Both the position numbers and the translations under genes were made by a program. A stretch of 64,000 nt of DNA, taken from NCBI GenBank assembly GCA_042218075.1, contig JBDGRK010000009.1:1-64000 (forward strand). Reading direction: 5' to 3'. This DNA is from Candidatus Nanohaloarchaea archaeon. GTDB lineage: Archaea; Nanohalarchaeota; Nanosalinia; Nanosalinales; Nanosalinaceae. Below the pieces are notes generated by a model. The model searched no databases. It was not told the origin of the DNA and saw only the letters and a list, made by a program, of their open reading frames with translations. Positions 46,881 to 55,653 of the stretch are shown one piece after another; position 1 is the stretch's first letter, and the number at the start of each line of letters is the position of its first letter.

Positions 46881-47960
46881 TCAAGTTTTTGATTTCATAA
46901 AATCCTCTACTGCAACTGCTAATACATCTGCAGCTACCTTCACCTTTTCTTTTTCCACATACTCCCTCCTGGAATGTGCAACACCTCCCTCTTCGTCTTC
47001 TAATTTACCTGGACCGAAAACTACCGTCGGGATTTCTGGCGCAAAGTAAGAGGCCTCACAAACTGCGTCAAAGTTCCTGAGCTCGCCTGCCGAATTTTCT
47101 AGAAGTATATTGACCAATTCGGTATCTGGATCAGTCCTGAATGCACCTAGGAGCGGTGAATTGGTCGCGGCTCTACTCACCTTAACCTCTGCCTCAAAGT
47201 CAAGATTATCAATAAAACTTTCAAACCTCTCCATGAACTCTTCCATGTTCTCACCAGGAACACTTCTCCTATCTATCCAGACCCTGCACTTATCAGGCAC
47301 AACGTTTGAAGCATCTCCTCCTTCCATTACTGTTGGAGTTAGAGTTGGTTCTCCAAGTTCTTCATCTTCCTGACCAGTATCGAAATCATCAAGTACGGAA
47401 ATAAGTTTAGAAGCAGCTCTTATTGAATTAACCCCCTTTTCAGGTCTAGCAGCATGTGAGCTCTTACCTCTTACTTCTAGCTCTATCTCAAACCTTCCTC
47501 TTGAGGCATTGCAAACATCGCAGTCCGTTGGCTCTCCTACTATAACAGCATCCGGTTCATCAGAAAAATCTAACTCTCCGACAGCCCTCGAATCGGTCTC
47601 TTCGTCAGGTGTAAGAGCCAGGGAAAGTTTTCCACCCTCATCATCGAAATTTATTAGCGTGTCTAAGAAAGCCGCTATAGAGGCTTTTGCATCGCTAGAT
47701 CCTCTTCCTCTGATGGTTTTTTCATCCTCACTAAAATCTATATGCGGTTCTACAGTATCCATGTGTGACTGGAGCAGTAAATGCGGTTTTCCCGATCCCT
47801 TCCGAGCTATCAAATTACCTGCTTCATCGACCTCAAAATCTATCTTAAATTCTTTCAGAACTTTAACCATCATTTTTCTGAAATTTTCAACAGATTCATG
47901 TGATTCGGTCTTGACTGCCTTTCTCAAAAATTCAATAACGTTGAACTCTTCACCTTTCAT
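46881..47960 (-). CDS. M20 family metallopeptidase (ArgE/DapE/LysK-like)
   Basis: SHMDTV, GRGSSDAK, DEE, GEPT, SSHAA and AHS..E motifs. Confidence 0.88.
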   Translation of the reverse strand: MKGEEFNVIEFLRKAVKTESHESVENFRKMMVKVLKEFKIDFEVDEAGNLIARKGSGKPHLLLQSHMDTVEPHIDFSEDEKTIRGRGSSDAKASIAAFLDTLINFDDEGGKLSLALTPDEETDSRAVGELDFSDEPDAVIVGEPTDCDVCNASRGRFEIELEVRGKSSHAARPEKGVNSIRAASKLISVLDDFDTGQEDEELGEPTLTPTVMEGGDASNVVPDKCRVWIDRRSVPGENMEEFMERFESFIDNLDFEAEVKVSRAATNSPLLGAFRTDPDTELVNILLENSAGELRNFDAVCEASYFAPEIPTVVFGPGKLEDEEGGVAHSRREYVEKEKVKVAADVLAVAVEDFMKSKT

Positions 47961-48088
47961 CTGTAATTTATCTGAGAATCCAATTTTTATAATCAGACTG
48001 GCATTTAGATAACTAGCCTTTTACAGTATTCATGATATATTCTACGAATATCGAAGTATTTATAAGGTTAAATTTCTATATCCGTAAC

Positions 48089-48175
48089 ATGGTGAAGAAA
48101 ATGACCGAAAACTTTACTGCTGATCGAGATCATATCGATCAAAACCACAGAACACTGTACGAAGGGGAGATCTGA
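48089..48175 (+). CDS. putative leader uORF (28 aa) overlapping the dapA-like start
   Basis: MVKKMTENFTADRDHIDQNHRTLYEGEI*; TGATG overlap; starts about 25 nt after a TTTATAAG box. Confidence 0.4.
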   Translation: MVKKMTENFTADRDHIDQNHRTLYEGEI

Positions 48176-49173
48176 TGGACGAGATTAGAGGAGTATATCC
48201 GGCGATGCCCACGGCGATGGATGAAGATTTCCGTATCAACTACGAGGCGATGGAGCAGCTAATAGACTACCTGGAGGCCGGAGGAGTCGAAGGATTGGTA
48301 CCCGCGGGCTGCACAGGTCATGCGCCAACTCTAGGGGACATGAGCGAGGAGGAGCTCTACGATGAACACGTCAGGTATGTCTCCGAGATTTCGGAAATGA
48401 CTGATCTACCTGTGATAGCCGGAGACGGGATGAACAGCACCACCCAGACTATTGAACTTGCGGGAGCGGTAGAGGACGAGGCAGATATAGATGCCCACTT
48501 AGTTATCACGCCGTACCAGAATAAACCTCCGCAGGACAGGCTGATCAGTCACTACGAGGATGTGGCGGCAAGCCTTGAAGAACCTCTAACTGCCTACAAC
48601 GTTCCCAGCAGAACCGGAGTCAATATCGAGCCCCGGACTCTCGAGTCTATCGCTGATATACCCGGAGTTATCGGCATAAAGGAGGCATCAAACGATCCAG
48701 ACCAGATCAGGGAGATTGGGTCCAGGCTAGGTGAACAGGAAGACTTCGCCATAGGCTCGGGCGATGATCCAAGGAATCCACTGATCTTCGAGCAGGGCGG
48801 AGAGTTCGCCATCAGTGTCTCCGCCAATATCTATCCCGAAGCAATAGTGGAAGTATTCGAGGAAGGAGTTGAGAACAGGGATCACGATGCTGCCAGAGAG
48901 AGAAACAGGGATCTTGAACCTCTCCATGAAGCGATGTTCCAGGAGGGCGAAACTAACCCGATCTCTGTTCAGTATGCGCTGGATGAACTGATAGGTGGCT
49001 TCGGAACACAGAGAGCACCACTCGACAGGCGGCCGCTGGAGGGATATGATGAGGCCCATAACCAGATCTTCACGAACAGGACGGAGATCCAGCACGTCAT
49101 CGACCACTATGATCTTGATCAAAACCTCCAGGAAAATCTGCAGCAGGGAGCGGTATCGGCCCAAAACTTTTAA
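48175..49173 (+). CDS. dapA: DapA/NAL-family class I aldolase (dihydrodipicolinate synthase-like)
   Basis: GVYPA, GCTG, YNVPSRTG, GIKEAS (Schiff-base Lys), SGDD and ETNP motifs. Confidence 0.75.
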   Translation: MDEIRGVYPAMPTAMDEDFRINYEAMEQLIDYLEAGGVEGLVPAGCTGHAPTLGDMSEEELYDEHVRYVSEISEMTDLPVIAGDGMNSTTQTIELAGAVEDEADIDAHLVITPYQNKPPQDRLISHYEDVAASLEEPLTAYNVPSRTGVNIEPRTLESIADIPGVIGIKEASNDPDQIREIGSRLGEQEDFAIGSGDDPRNPLIFEQGGEFAISVSANIYPEAIVEVFEEGVENRDHDAARERNRDLEPLHEAMFQEGETNPISVQYALDELIGGFGTQRAPLDRRPLEGYDEAHNQIFTNRTEIQHVIDHYDLDQNLQENLQQGAVSAQNF

Positions 49174-49356
49174 AAATCGATTCCTCAATAATTGCTATGG
49201 CTGAATCCTTAACAATAGGTAATGCGGAACTCAGTATAGAAGGATTCAGCACCAGCTTTACCTTTACCTATTTCTTCTGAGAGAGCCGTTAGATTACGGC
49301 TCCTGTACTAAAAGAGGTGTCCAAAATCAAGACTAAAATGCCAAAACTCCACGGAG

Positions 49357-49686
49357 GTGCTTAAAATGGAAAGATCGAAGGGAATTTGCTGGAACCGGAA
49401 CTACAGAAGAAGATTCGTCCAGACATCAGAAGGTGTTCTCTTGCAGCAGGAAAGCGATGGTTATGAAAAAGTCCATTACATACCTGAGGGTGACAGGAAC
49501 TCGAATATTGAAAGCGAAGGCCTGGAAACAGTAGACAACATTCTTGATCCCGGGACAGATATAGATAGAGTGATAAGGATGGCAAAGAACCAGAAGGCTG
49601 CAGAGAACCTCGGAAACTGGATAGATGGAACAAGAGGATACCCGCAAGATGTGTACAGTCAATCCTCGACAGTGGCTTCAGACTAG
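49357..49686 (+). CDS. hypothetical protein (possibly the 3' part of a decayed gene starting at 49197)
   Basis: 109-aa ORF preceded by short broken frames. Confidence 0.4.
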   Translation: MLKMERSKGICWNRNYRRRFVQTSEGVLLQQESDGYEKVHYIPEGDRNSNIESEGLETVDNILDPGTDIDRVIRMAKNQKAAENLGNWIDGTRGYPQDVYSQSSTVASD

Positions 49687-50087
49687 AGCTTCCGTTGCTT
49701 CAGAACAGTGTAGGTCATTGTATCCCTGACACCTGACACTGCCCTTATCTGATCAAGCAGACTGTTAAGCTCTTCAGGAGATTGTTCTGAAAGTTCAAGC
49801 ACCAGATCGTATTCTCCCGTAACCTCTTTCATCACCAGATCGGCTGGAAGTTTATCTACAACCTCGTCGATATCTATACCAGTCTCCAGTTTCACCATCA
49901 CCAGCGCCGAGTTCTCAGCTTCCGAAGTTTCCACCGTAAACTTTTCGATAATGCCACTATCCTGCATCTCCCTCACCCTGTTCCTGACTGTGGCTTCTGA
50001 GACGTCTACCTCCTCCGCTATCTCGGTGAAAGATGCTCTGCCGTTTTCCTTCAAAATCTGAATAATTTTTCGATCCTTCGAATCCAT
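49683..50087 (-). CDS. Lrp/AsnC transcriptional regulator
   Basis: DSKDRKII..L..NGRAS..EIA..V.VSEATVRNRV; VTGEYDL. Confidence 0.93.
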   Translation of the reverse strand: MDSKDRKIIQILKENGRASFTEIAEEVDVSEATVRNRVREMQDSGIIEKFTVETSEAENSALVMVKLETGIDIDEVVDKLPADLVMKEVTGEYDLVLELSEQSPEELNSLLDQIRAVSGVRDTMTYTVLKQRKL

Positions 50088-50118
50088 AAACTATAATTTT
50101 AAGCTTTTCTTAAAATAC

Positions 50119-50769
50119 CTACGGTTTTTGTAAGTTTTTCTGCTCCACCAGAACAACTTCCTCCACATCCTCTACTCCTCCTTCATCTCCGATCTCGACC
50201 GAGAAAGCCTTCCCGGTCTCGTCAGCCGCGGCGTTCAGGACTGTTGTTCCTAGCAGAGAATATTCACCAAAATCCTCATGGACGTGGCCCGATGCCCAGA
50301 GAGCCGGTTTTTCCTTGATTATCAGTTCCCGGAACTGCTCGAAGCCTATTCTCTTCCCTGATCTCACCCTGTCGCCCATCTTGTGTGGAGGATAATGCGA
50401 ACCTATAATTGTTTTTGAAGCATCGCCGTGCTCATCTATTATTCTTTCGACCTCTTCCTTAACGTTATCAGGGAAGTTTCCTCCAATCAGGATTATCATG
50501 TACTCATCGTCTATCTCCGCCTCAAGGAAGTTGAAAACAGGCACCGGGCCATCGAGAAACTCGTTTGAAAACATCATGTCTCGATTCCCGGTGCATCCCA
50601 GAGCGACTATATCGATCCTCTCCATCATATCCTCTGCGTAATCCTGGTCCATGTAGTCGCCGAGGTTAAGATAGATATCGTAGTCTCCCGAGTTCGCTTC
50701 CTCGATCGCGGCTTCCTTGAGTTCCTCGGATGCGTGAAAGTCGCTGGTCACCAGTATTTTAAGGCCCAT
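50119..50769 (-). CDS. calcineurin-like metallophosphoesterase
   Basis: SDFH, GD, GNRD, HYPP and GHVHE motifs. Confidence 0.88.
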   Translation of the reverse strand: MGLKILVTSDFHASEELKEAAIEEANSGDYDIYLNLGDYMDQDYAEDMMERIDIVALGCTGNRDMMFSNEFLDGPVPVFNFLEAEIDDEYMIILIGGNFPDNVKEEVERIIDEHGDASKTIIGSHYPPHKMGDRVRSGKRIGFEQFRELIIKEKPALWASGHVHEDFGEYSLLGTTVLNAAADETGKAFSVEIGDEGGVEDVEEVVLVEQKNLQKP

Positions 50770-50835
50770 GGATTCTAGATGAGATGAAGTCTTAAAAGTG
50801 TATATAAAGGAAGTAGAAAAAGTTTGAAGATTCTT

Positions 50836-51438
50836 TTACTGGAATGCTTGTCCTGTATTCATATCATCGCCCATTGGCATAGCTCCCATAAAATCTTCTA
50901 CATCCATGCCAATAGATGGCACCTCAAGATCCTGTCTGTATTCCAATTCAAATTGATCTAGATCCTCATGTTCGCCTTCAATTTTTTGGACAGCTTCATT
51001 CTTGGCTTTCCTAAAGTAGTGATAATTCAAAACATCACGAGTTGTGCCCTTAATTTCTTCTTATCCGGCAAGTATAGCAACTCCCGCAGCTGTCAACCAA
51101 TTTGGATTTCCAGTTTCCAGAAGCTTAAATACCGAGCCTGCTGTAGTGCCCATGGATCCAAGAGCCCAACCAGCACGGGTTTTCGAAGGCTTGTAAAATT
51201 CTTCCTGTTCATTAAGTGCTTGACCAACCATCTCAAAGTCTGCATCCCCAAGATAGATTTTCGATTCATCTTCTTTCACTACTGAGGTAGGGCCCTGAGT
51301 CAATCCAGCAGCCCTAAAACCGTCGTATTTATCCTTGAATTCTCTATAAGTTGGATTCTCTTCTCTAACATAATCTCTTATTTCTTTGGAATTTTCAGCC
51401 ATATCAACATTTCCATTCTGATCAACAGCAATTGACAT
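50836..51438 (-). pseudogene. hypothetical membrane-associated protein with an in-frame TAA
   Basis: ORFs 51061-51438 and 50836-51030 are in the same frame, joined across the TAA at 51061-51063 (...ILAG*EEIKGTTRDVLNYHYF...). Confidence 0.65.
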
Positions 51439-51555
51439 ACCCACACCCTTATGATTAACTTTTAAGTAACAAATTACTGGTTGAAGCAAAATAACGGAAT
51501 TCCGGAACGGCTCATCAATTCTTTATAAACTGAGTTTCTGCAATCCTTTAATCCA

Positions 51556-51672
51556 ATGATATGCTGCGAGCCAAACTGCCTTGAATACGCCGAGTCGAAC
51601 TCTGTCTACTGCAGAGAACACATGGAGAACTCTGAAGAAAAGCAGGAAAAACTTCCTGTTGAGGTGTTCTGA
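51556..51672 (+). CDS. small Cys/His zinc-finger microprotein (38 aa)
   Basis: MICCEPNCLEYAESNSVYCREHMENSEEKQEKLPVEVF; TTTATAAA about 25 nt upstream. Confidence 0.5.
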   Translation: MICCEPNCLEYAESNSVYCREHMENSEEKQEKLPVEVF

Positions 51673-51739
51673 TGGCAGAAGGAAAGATGCGAGAGGTGGT
51701 GTACTCTATTGGAGAGAATAACGCTGATTCAGACCTTTT

Positions 51740-52018
51740 CTATTTTTCGAAAAATACTGCTCCGCAGTCTTTATTTGCACATGAATAAACCTGGAGCGGT
51801 TCTCTACCGTAACCTTTCGACCTCATGTTGGATAAGTCTACCAGAGCAGTCCATCTCTCCGGTCCATAGCTGTCGCAAGACGGGCAAGAAATTTCCTCTT
51901 CCCTAGCCTGAGGCTCCTGCTGCAGAATTTTGCGTACCACTTCTTCACCTAGAGAACTCTCAGAACCTCCTGTAAATCCATAAATTTCAAAATCTTCAAC
52001 TTCGTTGGTTTCAGCCAT
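51740..52018 (-). CDS. small zinc-ribbon protein
   Basis: CPSC...CANKDCG; starts 3 nt after the tRNA-Ile 3' end. Confidence 0.65.
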   Translation of the reverse strand: MAETNEVEDFEIYGFTGGSESSLGEEVVRKILQQEPQAREEEISCPSCDSYGPERWTALVDLSNMRSKGYGREPLQVYSCANKDCGAVFFEK

Positions 52019-52021
52019 GAT

Positions 52022-52209
52022 TGGTCCACCCGGGATTCGAACCCGGGACCGCCGCCTAGCCTAAAACCGCGAGCAGAGCTCGCTACCGGTGAAACCGGTA
52101 ATTGCGCTGGCTTAGCGTAACAAGCCTAGGCAACACGCAGGCCTCTCGGCAAGAATTTCTGCGTGAGGTCCGTATAAGGACGGTGCTCTAACCCCTGAGC
52201 TAGTGGACC
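52022..52209 (-). tRNA. tRNA-Ile(UAU) with 115-nt intron (52058-52172) at position 37/38
   Basis: GGTCCAC/GTGGACC-A; anticodon arm CCGTC-CT-TAT-A|A-GGCGG; BHB CTTA/TAGG plus outer GGACC/GGTTT; mature length 73 nt. Confidence 0.88.
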
Positions 52210-52331
52210 TTTACAACGAAAAGTTTCACTGGTAATCTAAAAAAGGCTTCCGGAATCCTGGGATTGGGCAAGACCACCTTAATAAATCTTCCAAATGATT
52301 ATTACGCATAGAGATAGGTGAAATTCTACAA

Positions 52332-53042
52332 ATGCAGATGACCAACCAGCAACAGCAGCAGTACGACAGGGGTATAACAATTTTCTCTCCGGACGGAAGG
52401 CTTTTCCAGGTGGAGTACGCAAAAGAGGCGGTAAAGAAGGGAGCTACAGCACTTGGATTGACCTACGAGGAAGGAGTGGTTCTCGCCGCGACAAGGACTA
52501 ATTCACACCTGAAGGTCAGGAACCCGGAGAAAGTTTTCAAGGTCGACGATCACCTCGGTATAGTGACTTCGGGTCTTGTGGCAGATGGAAGAACCCTGGT
52601 CGATGAGACAAGAAATGAGGCGCAGAAGTACCTGATGACCTACGACGAAGAGATCCCTACTCCTGTGCTTGCGAAGTTTGTCGCGGATCGATGCCAGCAG
52701 TTCACCCAGTACGGCGGAGTAAGACCGTACGGAGTATCGACGATCACAGGAGGCATGAAGGACGGCAATCCCAAGGTATACCAGACAGATCCCTCGGGAA
52801 CACTCAACCAGTGGAACGCGATAGCGATCGGAAAAGGCGGTGAAGACACCAAGGAGAACCTGGAAGAAGAGTGGGAGGAAGGAATGGATGAAGACAGCGC
52901 GATCGAGCTTGCTGTAGACTCCCTGAAGAAGGGAGAGGAAGATATTGAGACAGAGAACATTGAGCTGGCGATAGTTAATGGAGAGAAGGACTACCAGAGA
53001 GTCGAGCCGGAAGAACTGGAAGACAGAGGTTTAGGAGTCTAG
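52332..53042 (+). CDS. psmA: proteasome alpha subunit
   Basis: YDRGITIFSPDGRLFQVEYA, RPYGVS and DPSG motifs. Confidence 0.97.
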   Translation: MQMTNQQQQQYDRGITIFSPDGRLFQVEYAKEAVKKGATALGLTYEEGVVLAATRTNSHLKVRNPEKVFKVDDHLGIVTSGLVADGRTLVDETRNEAQKYLMTYDEEIPTPVLAKFVADRCQQFTQYGGVRPYGVSTITGGMKDGNPKVYQTDPSGTLNQWNAIAIGKGGEDTKENLEEEWEEGMDEDSAIELAVDSLKKGEEDIETENIELAIVNGEKDYQRVEPEELEDRGLGV

Positions 53043-53045
53043 GAT

Positions 53046-53426
53046 TTAATCCCTGTAACTCCTAATACCTTCGACAATTCGACCGTAAGAATCCTGACTA
53101 CCTGCCATCGATCTCTGGAAGATATCATCAACACATTCATACCCGGGTTCTTCAGGATTGGGAACCGCCCAAGCGATGTAGCAATCCTCCCGGCAACACC
53201 CTTTATCTTCGAGACTTTCCAAAAGTCTTCGTCCTTCTCCATTCAAGAGGCGGACTATAATTCCATCAAAAAACCCCTTATCTCTTTCATCCAATTTATC
53301 TCCAGCTTCACTCGATGTCTCAGCATGGTAAACCCTGAGATCATCCATACCTCTGTTTCTCAATCTCAAGGCCAGTACATCTGGTGCGTCATCATCCTCG
53401 TCCGCGACAAGAAGCTCCAAACTCAT
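53046..53426 (-). CDS. receiver-like (REC-fold) protein without a phospho-acceptor Asp
   Basis: LLVADED...A.T..EA...L...FDGIIVR pattern. Confidence 0.5.
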   Translation of the reverse strand: MSLELLVADEDDDAPDVLALRLRNRGMDDLRVYHAETSSEAGDKLDERDKGFFDGIIVRLLNGEGRRLLESLEDKGCCREDCYIAWAVPNPEEPGYECVDDIFQRSMAGSQDSYGRIVEGIRSYRD

Positions 53427-53515
53427 AGTTATTCTCGAGTCATAAATATTAATAGAATCACGACCGGATCGAAAATATTCGAACAAATTAAAACAGTTGA
53501 AATTAGTAGAAAATT

Positions 53516-54202
53516 ATGGACACTTCTGACGCGATAACCGTTCAGTACCGGGGAGACAAGCAGTTCGAGATTCTGGTTGAACCTGAACTTGCGAAAGAGT
53601 CAAAGCTTGAGGGAGAGGACCACGATATACAGAGGCTTATGTTCGTGCAGGAAGTCTTTGTCGACGCTGGAGAAGGTGAAAGAGCATCAGCAGACGAGCT
53701 GGAAGACGAGTTCGGGACAAGACAGGTGATGAAGGCCGCAGAAGAGATATTCCAGAAGGGAGACATGCAGCTGACAACAGAGCAGAAGGCGGAGATGAGA
53801 CAGGAAAAGTGGAAGCAGCTGGTTAACATGATATCCAGGAGAGTCCAGAACCCCAAGACAGGCAATCCTCACCCGCCTGATCGAGTCGAAAATGCACTGG
53901 AGGAGACAGGATTCAACCTGAACTGGGACTCAGATCTTGAGGAGGAGTTCGAGGAGGCGATAGACGATATAAGGCCGATCATTCCTGTATCCCTTGATGA
54001 GAAAACTGTCGCAGTCAGGATTCCAAACGACCAGGCGGGAAAGGCCTACGACAGGCTGCAGCAGGTAGCCGATCTGAAAGAGGAGCAGTGGGGCAACGAC
54101 TACTTTATGGCGAAGATCACTCTCCCGGCCGGAGTCCTGAAAGAACTCAGGGAAGAACTCCAGGAAATGACCTCGGGGCAGACAGAGATGAAGGAGGTTT
54201 AG
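53516..54202 (+). CDS. sdo1: ribosome maturation factor SBDS/Sdo1
   Basis: FEILV, QLTTEQK and NPKTGNPHPPDR motifs. Confidence 0.95.
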   Translation: MDTSDAITVQYRGDKQFEILVEPELAKESKLEGEDHDIQRLMFVQEVFVDAGEGERASADELEDEFGTRQVMKAAEEIFQKGDMQLTTEQKAEMRQEKWKQLVNMISRRVQNPKTGNPHPPDRVENALEETGFNLNWDSDLEEEFEEAIDDIRPIIPVSLDEKTVAVRIPNDQAGKAYDRLQQVADLKEEQWGNDYFMAKITLPAGVLKELREELQEMTSGQTEMKEV

Positions 54203-54205
54203 AAT

Positions 54206-54622
54206 CTACCATTTTTCAGCAACTATCCGATCAGTAGTTATATTTCCATCATGTAGGAACATTAGGTTATCTTTCTCACTGTAAGGTAGTTCTCCCGCCT
54301 GAAGCTTGCGATAATCTAATCCTCTTTCAAGAAACCGATCCATTCCCATATTTTCGACAGCAGTGTCGCCGTATCTCGCGACATGCACATCGGATTTTAA
54401 AACTTCAACCTCCACCCAGTTATCTCCAAATCTCTCTTTTATGTATCCATCGAGTCCTTCCGGATCGTAGAGATAAACGCACCGGTACTTTACCATATTG
54501 CTGTAATGAAGATCTGGCACTTCGCCTCTTTCTGACCTCGTCAGTAGACCATCTTGATCTATTGAATCCAGTTTATCATCAGAAGTACCGTGGAAAAGAT
54601 TGACCACTTCTTTCTTTACCAT
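54206..54622 (-). CDS. putative ADP-ribosyltransferase/KptA-fold protein
   Basis: LFHGTS...SI..DGL, VYL and C-terminal GNI..DRI. Confidence 0.5.
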   Translation of the reverse strand: MVKKEVVNLFHGTSDDKLDSIDQDGLLTRSERGEVPDLHYSNMVKYRCVYLYDPEGLDGYIKERFGDNWVEVEVLKSDVHVARYGDTAVENMGMDRFLERGLDYRKLQAGELPYSEKDNLMFLHDGNITTDRIVAEKW

Positions 54623-54673
54623 TAACTAGACCAGGCACAAAAACTTTATATTCACGATATTTGGGCGACCAGG

Positions 54674-55537
54674 TTACTGGTTTAACTGCTCTAGAACCCT
54701 GTATTCCTGCCATTCCTCCATTTCCGTACCCCTCGCAGATTGCTGGTACATTATATTTTCCTTGGTTTCAAGCCTGTCCAGGCCGAGGGCGTGGTAAACC
54801 TCATGCATCATTAAATAATCGGAAGGCGTGCGGACAACTTCTTCATCCAACTCTCGCATGTTTTCTGCTAAAAGCACGCACCTATCCCTCTCTGATTGAC
54901 CATCATAATTTGTGGAAAGCGCATCAAATCTATCAGGCAACACTATCACCTGGATCGCAGCATCCCTGATTATAGAATCCAGCTCGTAGTAGAAGGATTC
55001 ACGGGATGTTACTTCACTATCAGTATTTGCTCCAAGTATTTTCCTGACATTATTCCCATACTGTTCCTCAAAATCTCCGAAGCTAGGATTTTCTTCTCTT
55101 TCCTGGGCCACGGTGTTGATAGTTGGATCTCTGAATTCTTCGGGAACCCCCAGGGGAGAATGCCAGGCACCGGTTTCGCCCGTAAGATAAACGAATTGAC
55201 TGTCTACACTGATGGCCTCAATATGCTGTTCCATATCTTCCAGCATTTCATCAGGCACATCGGCTTTACCTACAGTAATAATGTCCAGGAACACATTAAA
55301 CTCATCTGCTTCAAACTCGTCGATCCGGCTTTTACCATATAGTTCTCTAGAAAGCTGCTCCAGTTCATCCCTCTCATCAACGTCAAGCCTGTGTTCTGGA
55401 ACTCCTGTATATCTTCCTTCGTTCTCTACAAGCTCCGGTTCATAATTAAATTTACTTAACCCCAATACTGATCCAGCTGACAGAATCCCCGCAAGAGACC
55501 CTATAGACCCAAGAAGTTCTCTTCGTGATAAATTCAT
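54674..55537 (-). CDS. Tat-exported zincin metalloprotease-like protein
   Basis: SRRELL twin-arginine signal; HEVYHALGLD; NIM Met-turn. Confidence 0.7.
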   Translation of the reverse strand: MNLSRRELLGSIGSLAGILSAGSVLGLSKFNYEPELVENEGRYTGVPEHRLDVDERDELEQLSRELYGKSRIDEFEADEFNVFLDIITVGKADVPDEMLEDMEQHIEAISVDSQFVYLTGETGAWHSPLGVPEEFRDPTINTVAQEREENPSFGDFEEQYGNNVRKILGANTDSEVTSRESFYYELDSIIRDAAIQVIVLPDRFDALSTNYDGQSERDRCVLLAENMRELDEEVVRTPSDYLMMHEVYHALGLDRLETKENIMYQQSARGTEMEEWQEYRVLEQLNQ

Positions 55538-55653
55538 AACAACATATTAATACTGCTTGCCATCCCTATTTAAGATTTTCTGCCCTCATTCTATATATAA
55601 CACAGATTTTCTCTGAGGAGAGAAGAAGATAGCTTTCAAAGGTGCAAATGAGA

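Noticed and set aside
14926-51063. Stop-codon reassignment suggested by several in-frame stops
   Set aside because: The stops are of mixed type (TAA and TAG), occur only in accessory genes that sometimes also carry frameshifts, and all three stop codons terminate core genes normally.
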